Source: Camelus dromedarius
Lineage: Eukaryota
DNA length: 64,000 nt
Assembly: GCF_036321535.1 (NCBI RefSeq)
Contig: NC_087447.1
Location: 50,718,001-50,782,000, forward strand
Direction: 5' to 3'
Below, piece by piece: positions 27,001-38,883 of this stretch. The first letter of the stretch is position 1; the number at the start of each line of letters is the position of its first letter. The notes beneath the pieces were generated by a model, which saw nothing but the letters and a program-made list of their open reading frames with translations, made no database searches and was not told where the DNA came from. The position numbers and the translations under genes were made by a program.

Positions 27001-29500
27001 TCAACTTCTTCTGAGAGCTGACAATTGGCCCTGGTAAGTAAGCTTAGAAGGAGAAACTAGAGAGAATCCCACTCCCACTGATCATATCCCTGTCACATCT
27101 CAGCACCTGGCCCGCACTGCAGCCTTACTAGATGCCTTCACTATGCTGAACTCTGTTTCCTGAGAGTTGTTCTTGCCTCCCTCAAATAGGGCAATGATAT
27201 ACTCTGAAAAGCTGAAGGCATACTATGACTCTCTTAAGCTCATCATCTCTGAGAATCTTCATCAGACAGTGGCAATAATGTCCTTTCCATGCACACCTGA
27301 ACTTGTGCTTTCCTGATGTGCTTTTAAATTAATCACCTTTTTCATTCACGTATATTTAAAATAACAAAATATTTGAGAAAATCTGTTCTTGCTATTCACC
27401 ATATTTAAAAAAGAAAGGAGACGACTACACGATGATAGCAATAGGTTCAGATAAAGCATTCTTAAAATTCAACAGCTGTTTATGATCTTAAAAAAACAAA
27501 ATAAAACCCTTTGCAGACATAATAGAAGGGAATTTTCTTAACCTGTAAACTGCAGCATCTAACACATTCAGTTATGAAACATTAAAAATTTTCTTTAAAA
27601 TCAAGAATAAAACGAGGATATACATTGTCACCAGTTGTGTTCAACATTATGTTGGTGGAAGTCCTGTTCAACATAGTATTTGAAAATGACATGATCATGT
27701 ATAGAATATATCATAGGGCATGTACCCAAAACCTAGTAGAAGCAATAAGTGGATTTCAGCAAGCTTAGGAGATTCAAGTAAGTTTTCAAAAATCATATTT
27801 CTCTGTATTAGCACCAAACATTTGGAAAGTAAAAATTTCAAGAGTCAGTTTACAATGGCATCAAACAACATCAGATGTCTGAGGATTAAATTTAGCAAAT
27901 ATATACAAGCTCTGTATATTGGAAACTACAATGATCACTTTTTGCTGAGGGAAATTAAAGAAGACCTAAGTAAATAGAGTGATGTATCGGTTTCATGGAT
28001 TAGAAAACTTCAGTGTTATCAGTTCTTCCCAAACTGATCTTTAGGTTCAGTGCAATCACAATCAAAATCTCTGCAGGCTTTTTGGTAAGATTTGAGAAAC
28101 TGATTTCTGAAATTTACATGGGAGTGCAAAGGATCTAGAAGAGCCAAAACAATTTTGAAGAGAACAAGAAAGTTAGAGGCTTTACACTACTTGATTTACT
28201 CTGTGCTGCACTAATCAAAAAACTGTGGTGTTAGTGGTAAGAATAAAATATAAATATAGATCAATAGAACATCCTAAAACAGACCCACACATCCATACAG
28301 ACTTGATGTTAAATAAGCATTCTGAGGTAATTCTGTGGAGAAAGGATAATCTTTTCAACAAATGTATATTATTATTTTAATGATGAACTTAAACTCACAC
28401 CATTACAAAAACTTACTAGATGTGAATCATATCCCTAAATGTAAAGCTAAAATTATAAACATCTAGAATATAGTTCGAGAAGTCTTTGAAGTCTTTGGTT
28501 AGGCAAAGAGTCATTAGGTAGGACACAAAAAGCACAAACTGATGAAAAAATTAATAAGTTGAACATCAAAATAAAACTTTTGTTCTTCAAAAGACACTGT
28601 TAGGGAAATGAAAGACAAGTCACAGATTTGGAGGAAATGTTTGCATAATACATATCATTTTTGTATATGTTAGAATATACAAAGAACTCTTAGAACTTAG
28701 TAATAAGAAGGCAAATAACAGGTATTTTCTAACAGACAAAGATTCAACAAACTATATCAAGGAAGATGGCAAATAAGCTCATGAAAAGATACTCAATAAC
28801 ATTAATCATAAGTGAAATGAAAATTAAAGCCACAGTGAGAGACCTCTACATACCTAATAGAACAACTAAAATGAAAAAGACTAATGTCATACCAAGTGTT
28901 AGTGAGGATGTAAAACAAAAAACACTCATACACTGCTGGTGGGAATGTAAAAGGATACAATCACTTAGGGAAACAGTTTAGTGGTGTCTTTAAAAGTTTA
29001 ACATTCACTTGCCAGACAATTCAGCTATTCTTCTCTTAACTTTTGACCCAAGGGAATGAAAGCATATATCCATACAAAGACTTATTTATGAATGTTCATA
29101 GCTGCTTTATTTGTTATTATTTGTTATTTTGCTATAGCAAAAAAACTGGAAACATCACAAATGTCCATCAAAATTTGGACAGATAAATTGTGGTATATCC
29201 ATAAAGTGGAGTATTACTCAGCAATAAAAGGGAATGAGTTTTGATACACATAGTGACATGGGTAAATTTCAAAATAATTATGCCAAGTGAAAAATGCCAT
29301 ACAACAAAGATAATATGCTGTATTATTCCATTTATTATAACATTCTAAAAGATACATGGGCTTTTGGAGATGATGGATATGTTTATTATCTTGATTGTGA
29401 TATTGGTTTCATGGATATATACAGATGTACTCATCAAATGTACCCTTTTAATATATGCAGTTTAATGTAAGTCAAGGATACCTCACTGGAGCTATAAAAA
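21070..29500 (+). mobile_element. Cluster of fragmented old L1M elements with nested insertions (including an L1 3' end at about 24365-24725)
   Basis: A-rich plus strand with degenerate ORF1, ORF2 and 3' UTR motifs (e.g. LIHCWWECK); boundaries approximate. Confidence 0.7.
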
Positions 29501-30016
29501 ATATATTAGCTACTCTTGTTATTTTGGGTAACTCACTAAGCTTCATGTTCTTCATCAGCAAAGTAAAAAGAATAATACTTGCCTCACAAGGTTTATTTTA
29601 AGGTTGTATTCATATGTGTGTATTTATTTATATATATTGTGTGTGTATCTAATTTACTATAGTGCCTGACACCGAGTAGGTGACTCAGTCAATGTTAATT
29701 CTATTCTGCTACTCCTCTGCCCCTTCCAAGGGACTAATAAAGTTACTGGAGACTTTCAGATTACCTTCTTGATAAAACTTAGCAAAGTCTTAGTGGCACA
29801 TTTTCTCTCAGTACCTTTTAATGGCTAAATTTAATGGGCAAATGTATTACAGAATTTAATAGGTTTGCTTTTAATACTAAAGAAAACGTTTCAAAAAAAA
29901 AAAAAAGAAAACCTTTCCCTCTCATGAAAAGGATGACGTCATCTCATGATGACTTCAAGCTCTGATCATAACATGACTTGACGAAATTTCATTTTGCTTT
30001 TCTTTTATTCCCACAG

Positions 30017-30118
30017 GGTTTATCCATGGCTTAGAGGACTGGGTTATACATCCTTGGGTATATTTTTATTGGGATTTTTATTATGGAACATAGATAACAT
30101 CTTTTGTGATTCACTAAG
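30017..30118 (+). CDS. ACER3: ACER3 internal coding exon (102 nt; VYPWLRGLGYTSLGIFLLGFLLWNIDNIFCDSL-R)
   Basis: cccacag|G GTT...CTAAG|gtaaga. Phase is consistent with both neighbours; contains the WNIDN motif. Confidence 0.97.
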
Positions 30119-30980
30119 GTAAGATATATTTTTAGCCTTTGAGAAATATATTGGAATCTGTTGAGCAGGGTGTCTCATAGGCAGATAGAATTATTAGAGC
30201 CCTGAAGTGAAGTTTTGCCATGTTAAATTTTTAAAAATATGTACAGCACAATAAAGTTAAATTCTGGGAATGTTTGTTTAAATTACCTAAAAATTTGGAC
30301 CTAAGAATTTTCTATAACATCTGTAGGGATTTTTGTATATGTGCATCACAGTACTATACATTTAATCAGATATTGACTAGGTCTTTGAAATCTGCCCCAT
30401 CAGTTTTATTGAAGAAGTAAGAATAATTTATAGTAAGCATATATATGAAATACATGTATATAACTTTGTACTTTAACAGGCTTAATGTTATTTTCTAAGA
30501 AAGGCAAGTATTCCTTTTACCATCTTTTCAGTAATTATGTATTCACTGGAGTTTGAGTCTTGGGTCACTGGACTCTAGTCTGTCACCTAAGACACTGTCC
30601 TTTTGGGCCTCAATTTCCATAAAATGAACACATTAAATGGATAAAACTGGTGGGTCCTTCCAACTCAAAATTCTGTGACTTAACGGTTTTGCATAATCAC
30701 AAATGACAGAGGAATATGTTGAACAGCACCACAGAAAGCCAATCAGCAAAATTCAGTCTGGGAAGTCTACAGAATAAATGACCTAGTCTCTAAAACAAAT
30801 AAGTTGAAGAGGGGCGGGAAGGGGAAAAGGAACCTGTAGATTAAGAGAGACTTAAGAGATTAACAGTGTAATGACTTTTTTTGGATCTTGATTCAAACCA
30901 ACCAACTGTAAAAAAAAAAAAAAGCTTAGGATCAGTAATCAGTAATTGAATATTTGATGATATTAAGGGATTGTTAATAT

Positions 30981-32324
30981 TTTGTTTATTTTTTATTATT
31001 ATTTTTATTGAAGTTCAGTCAATTACAATGTGTCAGTTTCTGGTGTACAGCACAATGTCCCAGTCTTGCATATACATACATATATTGATTTTCATATTTT
31101 TTCCATTAGTTATTATAAGATATTTATCATAGTTCCCTGTGCTATACAAAAGAAACTTTTTTTAAAATCTATTTTTATATATAGTGGCTAACATTTGTAA
31201 ATATCAAACTCCCAGATTTATCCCCTTCTACCACCTTTCCCTGGTAACCATAAGCTTGTTTACTAAGTGTGAGAGTCTTCTTTCTGTTTGTAGATGAGTT
31301 CATAGTGTCCCTTTTTTTTTTTTTTTTTTTCAAAATTCCACATATGAGTGATATCATGTGGTATTTTTCTTTCTCTTTCTGGCTTACTTCACTTAGAATG
31401 ATGATCTCTAGGTCCATCCATGTTGCTGCATATGGCATTATTTTATTCTTTTTATGGCAGAGTAGTATTCCATTGTATAAATATGCCACAACTTCTTTAT
31501 CCAGTCATCTGTTGATGGACATTTAGCTTGCTTCCATGTCTTCGCTATTGTATATAGTGCTGCTATGAACATTGGGGTGCATGTATCTTTTCACATTAGA
31601 GCTCCCTCTGGATATATACCCAGAAGTGGGATTGCTGGATCATATGGTAAGTCTATTTTTAGTTTTTTGAGGAATGTCCATACTGTTTTCCATAATGGCT
31701 GCACCAGACTACATTCCTACCTGCAGTGTAGGAGGGTTCCCTTTTCTCCACACCCTCTCCAGCATTTATCGTTTGTGGACTTTTGAATTATGGCCATTCT
31801 GACTGGTGTTGAGTTGATACCTAATTGTAGTTTTGATTTGCATTTCTCTGATAATTAGTGATATTGAGCATTTTTTCATATGCTTATTGGCCATTTGTAT
31901 ATCTTCATTGGAGAAATGCTTGTTTAGGTCTTCTACCCATTTTTGGACTGGGTTGTTTTTTTTTTCTTATTAAGTTATATGAGCTATTTATATATTCTGG
32001 ATATTAAGCCTTTGTCTGTCACATCATTTGCAAATATTTTCTCCCATTCCGTAGGTTGTCGTTTTGTTTTGCTTATGATTTCTTTTGCTGTGCAAAAGCT
32101 TACGAGTTTAATTAGGTCCCATTTGTTTATTTTTGCTGCTATCTCCATTGCCTGGGTAGACTGCTCTAGGAGAACGTTGCTAAGATTTATGTCAGAATGT
32201 TTGCCTATGTTTTCTTCTAGTAGATTTATTGTGTCTTGTCTTATATTTAAGTCTTTAAGCCGTTTAGAGTTTATTTTTGTGTATGGAGTGAAAGAGTGTT
32301 CTAACTTCATTGATTCACATGCTG
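30981..32324 (-). mobile_element. 5'-truncated, relatively young L1 inserted into an older L1M 3' end
   Basis: ORF2 remnants (TPYTKINSK, KWDLIKLVSFCTAKE), 3' UTR and T-rich tail. Short TSD GTTAATAT at 30973 and 32325. Confidence 0.9.
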
Positions 32325-33518
32325 GTTAATATGTTAGATGTGAAAATGGCATTATAGTTATGTTTTAAAGAGGTTTTAATCTCTTAGAGATATATACTGA
32401 AATATTTAGAGATAAAGTTATAAAATATCTGGGATTTACTTCAAAATAATACAGAGGGGGAGAAGTGGATAAGAGTTTAGATGATATAAGAATGGCCATA
32501 AATAATAATTGTTGAAGCCAGGTAATAGGTACATTATTATTTTGCCTACTTTTATACATATTGAAATGTAAACTTTAAATATATACAAACAAATAATACA
32601 CCTTGCCTAGAAAACTAAGATTTAAGTGAGTTGTTCTGAATCAGTAATATCTATCAGAGCTGCCATTGGAGTTTTTACAATGTTGAAATAAGTCATCAAC
32701 CTTTGAAGGTGAGATTCTCTTTGTTTCTGGGTTCTTAGAGATGTCTCCAACATTCATGAGGATACCTAGAAAAATAATTCGGTGTTTCACGTTGAATTTT
32801 CCCCCTCTAATAAATGAGAATATTAATATGGAGCACACTTAATCAGAAGATCTAGAATTTGAAACTCAGCTGTGCCACTAGCTGAGCAAATTGGGCAACT
32901 CAACTAATCTCTCTGAAATTTAGGTTCCTAATCTGTAAAGCAAAGCTAATAATAGCCATCTCAGAGACTCACTATGAAATGAAGTAACAGGTACAAAAGG
33001 GTTTTATAGACTGTATGGTGCTTTTCTAAAGTGATGGTAATAGTAAGCATAGGAATAGCTTATATCTAGTTTCTTGAGTGAATAGCTAAGTTGTCTGGTG
33101 TTTCCCAAAGTGTTTTCCAGGAAACACTTGTTCCATAAGGTGTTAATATGATATTACCTGAAAGAAGGGTTCCATGGATTAGTAGGTTACCTGAAGAAAA
33201 GGAAGATAAACTGTTTTAGTAATGGTAGGACTTTTCAAAGCCTTTAATCTGTTAATATGCATTACAAATCTCCAAGAGGGCTGCAAACTATGTAGTTTCC
33301 TACATTTATTTTGACCACAGAGTCCTTTCTTCATGGACGTGCTAAGAATACTATTACTCAAAATATACTTTGGAAAACAATACAGCAGACTAACAGCAGA
33401 CCTAAGGAAATTAAATAATTGCCATGTTTGAGGATTTCAGAATGCTCTAAGACCGTCAGTACTAATTGCTAAATATAAAAAATAATTAACATGGTGATTT
33501 CCCCCCCTCTCCACACAG

Positions 33519-33623
33519 GAACTTTCGAAAGAAGGTACCACCTATCATAGGTGTTACCACACAGTTTCATGCATGGTGGCATATTTTAACTGGCCTTGGT
33601 TCTTATCTTCACATCCTTTTCAG
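33519..33623 (+). CDS. ACER3: ACER3 internal coding exon (105 nt; NFRKKVPPIIGVTTQFHAWWHILTGLGSYLHILF-S)
   Basis: ccacacag|G AAC...TTCAG|gtagga. Contains the CREST-family Zn-binding HxxxH motif (HAWWH). Confidence 0.97.
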
Positions 33624-35479
33624 GTAGGAAGTAGAGACTTTTTTAGCCTTGGATTGGAGTGTTTCTTTCTTTACTCTTCAAACAGGATGGTGTAAATATA
33701 AAACGTCAGAGAGAGAATCAGGCACTTATGTTCCAGCTTTACCTCTGCTGTTAGGTGACCTTAAGCAAGTCCTTTCCTCTCTCTGAAGCTCTCTCTTCTC
33801 ATCCATAGAGAGTAACTGTTGTAGTGACTGACCTCTGACACATGATCTACATTTTAAGTAGATCATTCATTTCCTTTTTTAGTGCAAGTATGATATAAAC
33901 ATTTTCATTTCTTGTTAAATCAGCATATCTTTGTTTATAGAGAACAAATTGGGCAGCAGGAAAGCAGCCAGATCCCCTGAGTGGGGACTGGGAAAGCATG
34001 AGTATCTGAAGTCCCCAACTTAATTTGTTTCCTTCCCTGAAATAAATTGGTTGTCACTTTTCTTTCCCTGCTTCCTGAATAAAGACTCTGCTAGAAGTCA
34101 GCCTTTATAGCAGAAGTGGAATCAGACTTTTCTCTGATCATCCTATTCAAGTAATACTTCTGTATTACTCTCTGTCCCCTTACCAGGCCTTATTTTTCTT
34201 CACAGCATTTGTAACCAGTTATATATTTATTTACTTCTTTACCTCCCCCAATTCGATTGTAATTCCTTGAGAACAGAGACTTTATCTTACTCACTGCTAC
34301 TCTCCCAGATGCTTAGAACAATGCCTGTCACATATTAAGAACTCAGTATATATTGTTAAATGATTTAATGAATGAATATGTACATACTGATCTCCTTACC
34401 AGGGAATCAGACTATGTTTAATCTCAAATTCATCTCAAGAATTGAGAGACCTGAAATATTCGTGGAAAGAGGAAGAAAATTTTCCTTTGAACCAATGTGA
34501 AAATTTACTCAAGTGAAATTTTTAGAATACCTTTTCAAAATAACATTTGCATCTCATCTATCTGGAGATCAACTTATTTAGGCAATCTGAATTATGTAAA
34601 ATTTAACTATCTGAGAATTATATAAAAAGAAACTCTGGGCAGCTTAAACAAGAATCACTGAATTCATACTGTGAAGAGCTAAAGGTTATTAATCATGGAA
34701 GAGTTCCTTAAACTCTACCTCTAAGTATAATTAATTCTGCATATATTCTAAATATAATTAATTTTGCAATTTCTTACTGCATTGATTATTTGGATTTTCA
34801 GCCCATAGCATATTAGAAATATCTAATTGAAGAGGGAGGGGTTATGGAAGGAAATGCTTGGGAAAACCGACAAAAATGATAGAAAAGGAAAAACAAGAGT
34901 AACTATAAAGCAAACCCAAGAATTGAAAACTTAGCACCTTTACATGGTCCAAGAAGTTTCAAGGACATTACTGCAGTGTAATACAATACAACAATGAATT
35001 TTTCTAATAAATACTCAAGAAGAGGTGAAATTATTGTATTCTGTTTAAAAAGACTAGAGTTTCCCACTTTCTCCTCTATTTTCTGCCTTCTCCTTTCCAT
35101 CTTTTTTTTTTTTCCACTTTCTCCTTTTCCTCTCCTGATGTGGAAACCCTTCAAGGAAACAGGGCAATGAGGGGGAAGAAGTGCTGTGCCAAGGAAGCAG
35201 CATTCAATGTCTGAGGAGTAGGGAATGAGGAAAAGGGGTCAGTGGTAGCAGCATGCTGAGCTTCCAAGAAAATTGTGGTGATGGGGAAGGGGCTACAGTG
35301 CAGGGTAAGAAAGCAGGGTGATGAGAGGAAGGGGTGAGGAGGGGATGGATGAAGGAGGTAGCTGGAGTTGGGATATGGGTTACAATAACAAATAAAAAAA
35401 TTGATTGAACAGTAAAATATATTGAGGATAACAAAAGCCTGATTTCTCTACTGTGTTACAAGTGATTTAAAAATATGGA

Positions 35480-36270
35480 GAGAAAGATAGAAGGAACTCT
35501 GAAGAGGTCAGATTAGAATTATAAGTATTGATGTGAACTCAAGAGTGTGTGATACACACATACACATACATACATGTGTACACACACTCAGATATAGACA
35601 AACTTAGATGTATGCGTGTTATGTAAGTTAAAAATATATATGTTTACACATATATATATTGCCTAGCTCTGTCCCCTCTGAAGGCTGAAAAGCATGCTTT
35701 GGCCCATTTCCAAAACTAAGATAATTTGAGTATCAAAATTAAATAACAAGGGTTTCAGATTAAAACCTGTTGAATAAAATAGGGATCCATGAATGCATAC
35801 TAATATAAATAAATAAATGAATAAATAGAAAGGAAAGCTCTTCCTTACAGAAGAACACCAACTAATAAATGTAGACGGAACAATAGAAACAGATAGTCAC
35901 CATTTGGCAACCATCTTAGGGATAGTTGAAAGACATTAGTTATCAATTGATCTCCAGCTGATAGGGGAAAGTTTGATGAGGAACACAAATTGGCAAAATT
36001 CACAATGTCTCCCCCATGAAATACTAATACAGAGGGGAAAATGGTGACTTTACCGTGAAGAAAACTGTCAGCAACCACCTTGACCATCATGCATCTAAGG
36101 TTAACCCTGCCCACGATGGAGCAGGTCAGTGTAGTGTGACTCCTGATACAAAGCACTGAGATGAGTTCAGCATCATTTCTGTGGTATTCCTGCCAAAAAT
36201 GCATGGCCTGCAACTGGCCATGAGGAAACATTGATGAAATCATGTTGAAGAAATATTGAAGAACATGGGG
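35480..36270 (+). mobile_element. Old L1M (L1MC/MD-like) 3' UTR fragment
   Basis: Motifs such as ttacagaagaacaccaactaataaatgtaga and catcatttctgtggtattcctgccaaaaatgcat. Confidence 0.65.
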
Positions 36271-38240
36271 GCTCCAAACTGACATCTGAACAGGAGGCAG
36301 TGCTTGGCTGGAGCCGGTATCTGAGCTCAGAGGAAAGACCCTGTGGGGCTGGAGCCAAGGCCTCTTAAGAAGGAACGAAATGCTACTGCCACAGTGATGA
36401 AGTGTTCACAGAACCACAAGTTGACAGCCCCTCATGAAAATAAAATGAAAAAGAACAAGTCCCTTCTTTCCTCTCCAGCTTTACAGTCTCTCTCCAATGC
36501 CCTAATTAGCAGAGCCTATCAGGGAGCATCTGCCAATGCAGAAATGCAGTTGGTAGTCTCAGCTCCTGCATCACAAACAAGAGGGAATATAAAAGGGCAG
36601 ATTTGGAGTTGAGATACAGTAACTTAACAGCTGACCCATCTGGTAAGACTGAAAGAGAAAAGGGGAAAAGCATAAGTAACCAGTATCAGAAATGTAACAG
36701 GAATCATCACTACAGATGCTGCAAATATAAGGAAGATAAGAAAATATGTTTAACAGCTTTATGTGATAGGCAGTTTTGTTTCTCTTTGAAATTTTCCACC
36801 TTAAAAGTTTGAATTTTCAGCTCATAGCCTCATTTGGGTTAGGCACTTGATATGTATTACGTCCTTTAATCCTCATGACAGTCCTGTTTTACTCTTGAGG
36901 AAAGATAACCTCAGAGAAGTCAGGTACCTCACACATGATTGTTGTGGTATTGCCTGAAATGAGCCCAGAGTTTTCTGTCTCCCCAAACCAATCCAGACCT
37001 TAGGCATCACCTAATATAACTTCATTTGATGGTGCAAGAAACTGGGGCCCAGAGGGCAGTGATTTACTCAAGGTCACTGGCCAGTTAGAGTAAGTATATT
37101 GGCTGACGATTAGACAGCACTCGAATTCAAGTTCTGCTTCTAGCATTTACTGTGGCACCTTGGATGAAATATTTGACCTTTTTTGAGACTTCCTCACATG
37201 CAAAGCAGGAATAATAATACCCACCTAATAGGGTAGTTAAAGAATGAAGTGTGTATAAAGCTCTGGGTTCAGTGCTTGCCCCTACGTTGTAGGTACTTAA
37301 TAAATAGTTGGGAATGATGGAGGTGACAGCGGAGGTTGGAATCCAGGGCTTCTCTGCCCCAGTCCAGGGCTCTTTACTAAAAGAAGGGAAAACGTGGCAA
37401 CTTTCTTTTAGAGATTAATGTCTGAAAAACTGTCAGAGTAAGGTTGTATTTTAAGAAGTATTCTTCATAATATATGATGTTTCTCTTCACAGTTCTGGTT
37501 TTGGGTACAGTGGAGTGGCATCATAGCCACATTAAACTACACAAATTCAACCATACATGCTCTTTTTCATTCTCTTATTTGAAGGAGAAAAATTTTCATA
37601 CTATAATACTATGTTTTGCATATGTACTCATGATGCATTGTATATTTACTATTCAAATACATTTAAATAGTGTACTACACATAAAATTATGTATGCTGTA
37701 AGTTATGGACAGTCTAATAAATTTTTCAGGGATAAATTTAACTTTATTTTTGCTATATGGACTGATTTTAGAATCTCATCTCATCTTCAGAGGTAACTCA
37801 TTTTAGAGGATGCTATAAAGAAGTGATAACTTCCTGGTTACTTCATACCTATTTGTAATCCTTGTAGAGCTAATAGAACCATTTTTAAAATATTCTAAGG
37901 ATACTTTACCTTAATTCTTGCTAACGTACATCCTCAAAGATGAAGCTGGCAATTATAATATGACTCCATTAAGCATAAGCAGAATGCTCCCCAACCAAAC
38001 TGTAGACATCCTGAGGTCACAGTCGGAGAGTTGATCATTTCTCCATCTTCCTTAGCATCTTGCCAAGTGTTCTGCACAAAGTAGGTCCTCAAAATATGGT
38101 TACTAAATGAACAAAGTTCATTTACCAGTGTTGCTTTTACTTTGTATGTGCAGAGGCACTGTGGTTAAATTTGTCAGTAAGCCAGTTTGCATGGATTAAA
38201 AATTCGTCTGAAGAGCTTTCCCCCTCCCCTTTTCTTTCAG

Positions 38241-38286
38241 CTTATATACAAGAACACTTTACCTGAGATACAGGCCAAAAGTGAAG
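38241..38286 (+). CDS. ACER3: ACER3 penultimate coding exon (46 nt; LYTRTLYLRYRPKVK)
   Basis: tttctttcag|C TTA...GTGAAG|gtaagt; phase consistent. Confidence 0.96.
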
Positions 38287-38299
38287 GTAAGTCTGCTTC

Positions 38300-38302
<3 letters not shown>

Positions 38303-38368
<66 letters not shown>
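38303..38368 (+). repeat. Perfect (GT)33 microsatellite starting at intron position +17
   Basis: Counted directly from the sequence. Confidence 0.97.
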
Positions 38369-38369
<1 letters not shown>

Positions 38370-38829
38370 GGAGGAGTGGGTAATGGAAGGATGGGATGGA
38401 GGTGGAAGGAGAGGGTGGGGTGGAGAGGTAGTGGAGAGAGTACGGGCTTTGGAACCAGATGCTGTTGAATCTTCCACTTATTGCTCTGTGACCTTGGGGA
38501 AGCTTATTTTCTTAAAGCCTTAGTTTCTTCAGCAGTAAAATGGAGCTGTTAATAGCTACATTGCAGAGTTGTTTAAGGATCTGAGATGATTTAAATACTT
38601 GACAAAGTAATGCTTAAAATATTTAAATAAATTAAATAAAGATAGTTTCTGAGATCTGGTTCAGACCTGGAAAGAATATGCTGTGCTCAGGTTTTTAATA
38701 CCAGGACAACTGCTAGCAAATCTACCAAGCACTGTAGTCATAGCCCAGGGGTTCTTTTTCATTTTTTTTCAGGGATAACATGGAACAATTTTATCTTCTA
38801 TCATTTTGTCCTAACTTCTTTCCAAACAG

Positions 38830-38883
38830 TTTCTCTTTGGAATCTGGCCAGTGATCCTGTTTGAGCCTCTCAGAAAGCACTGA
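38830..38883 (+). CDS. ACER3: ACER3 terminal coding exon (FLFGIWPVILFEPLRKH*)
   Basis: tccaaacag|TTT...CAC TGA; matches the recalled ACER3 C-terminus. Confidence 0.96.
   Translation, partial: FLFGIWPVILFEPLRKH

Noticed and set aside
31175..32329. L1 ORF2-like ORFs as an active element
   Set aside because: 5'-truncated and frameshifted; no intact ORF1 or ORF2 anywhere in the window.
38259..38523. THTH/CVCV-repeat ORFs
   Set aside because: Translations of the (GT)n microsatellite.
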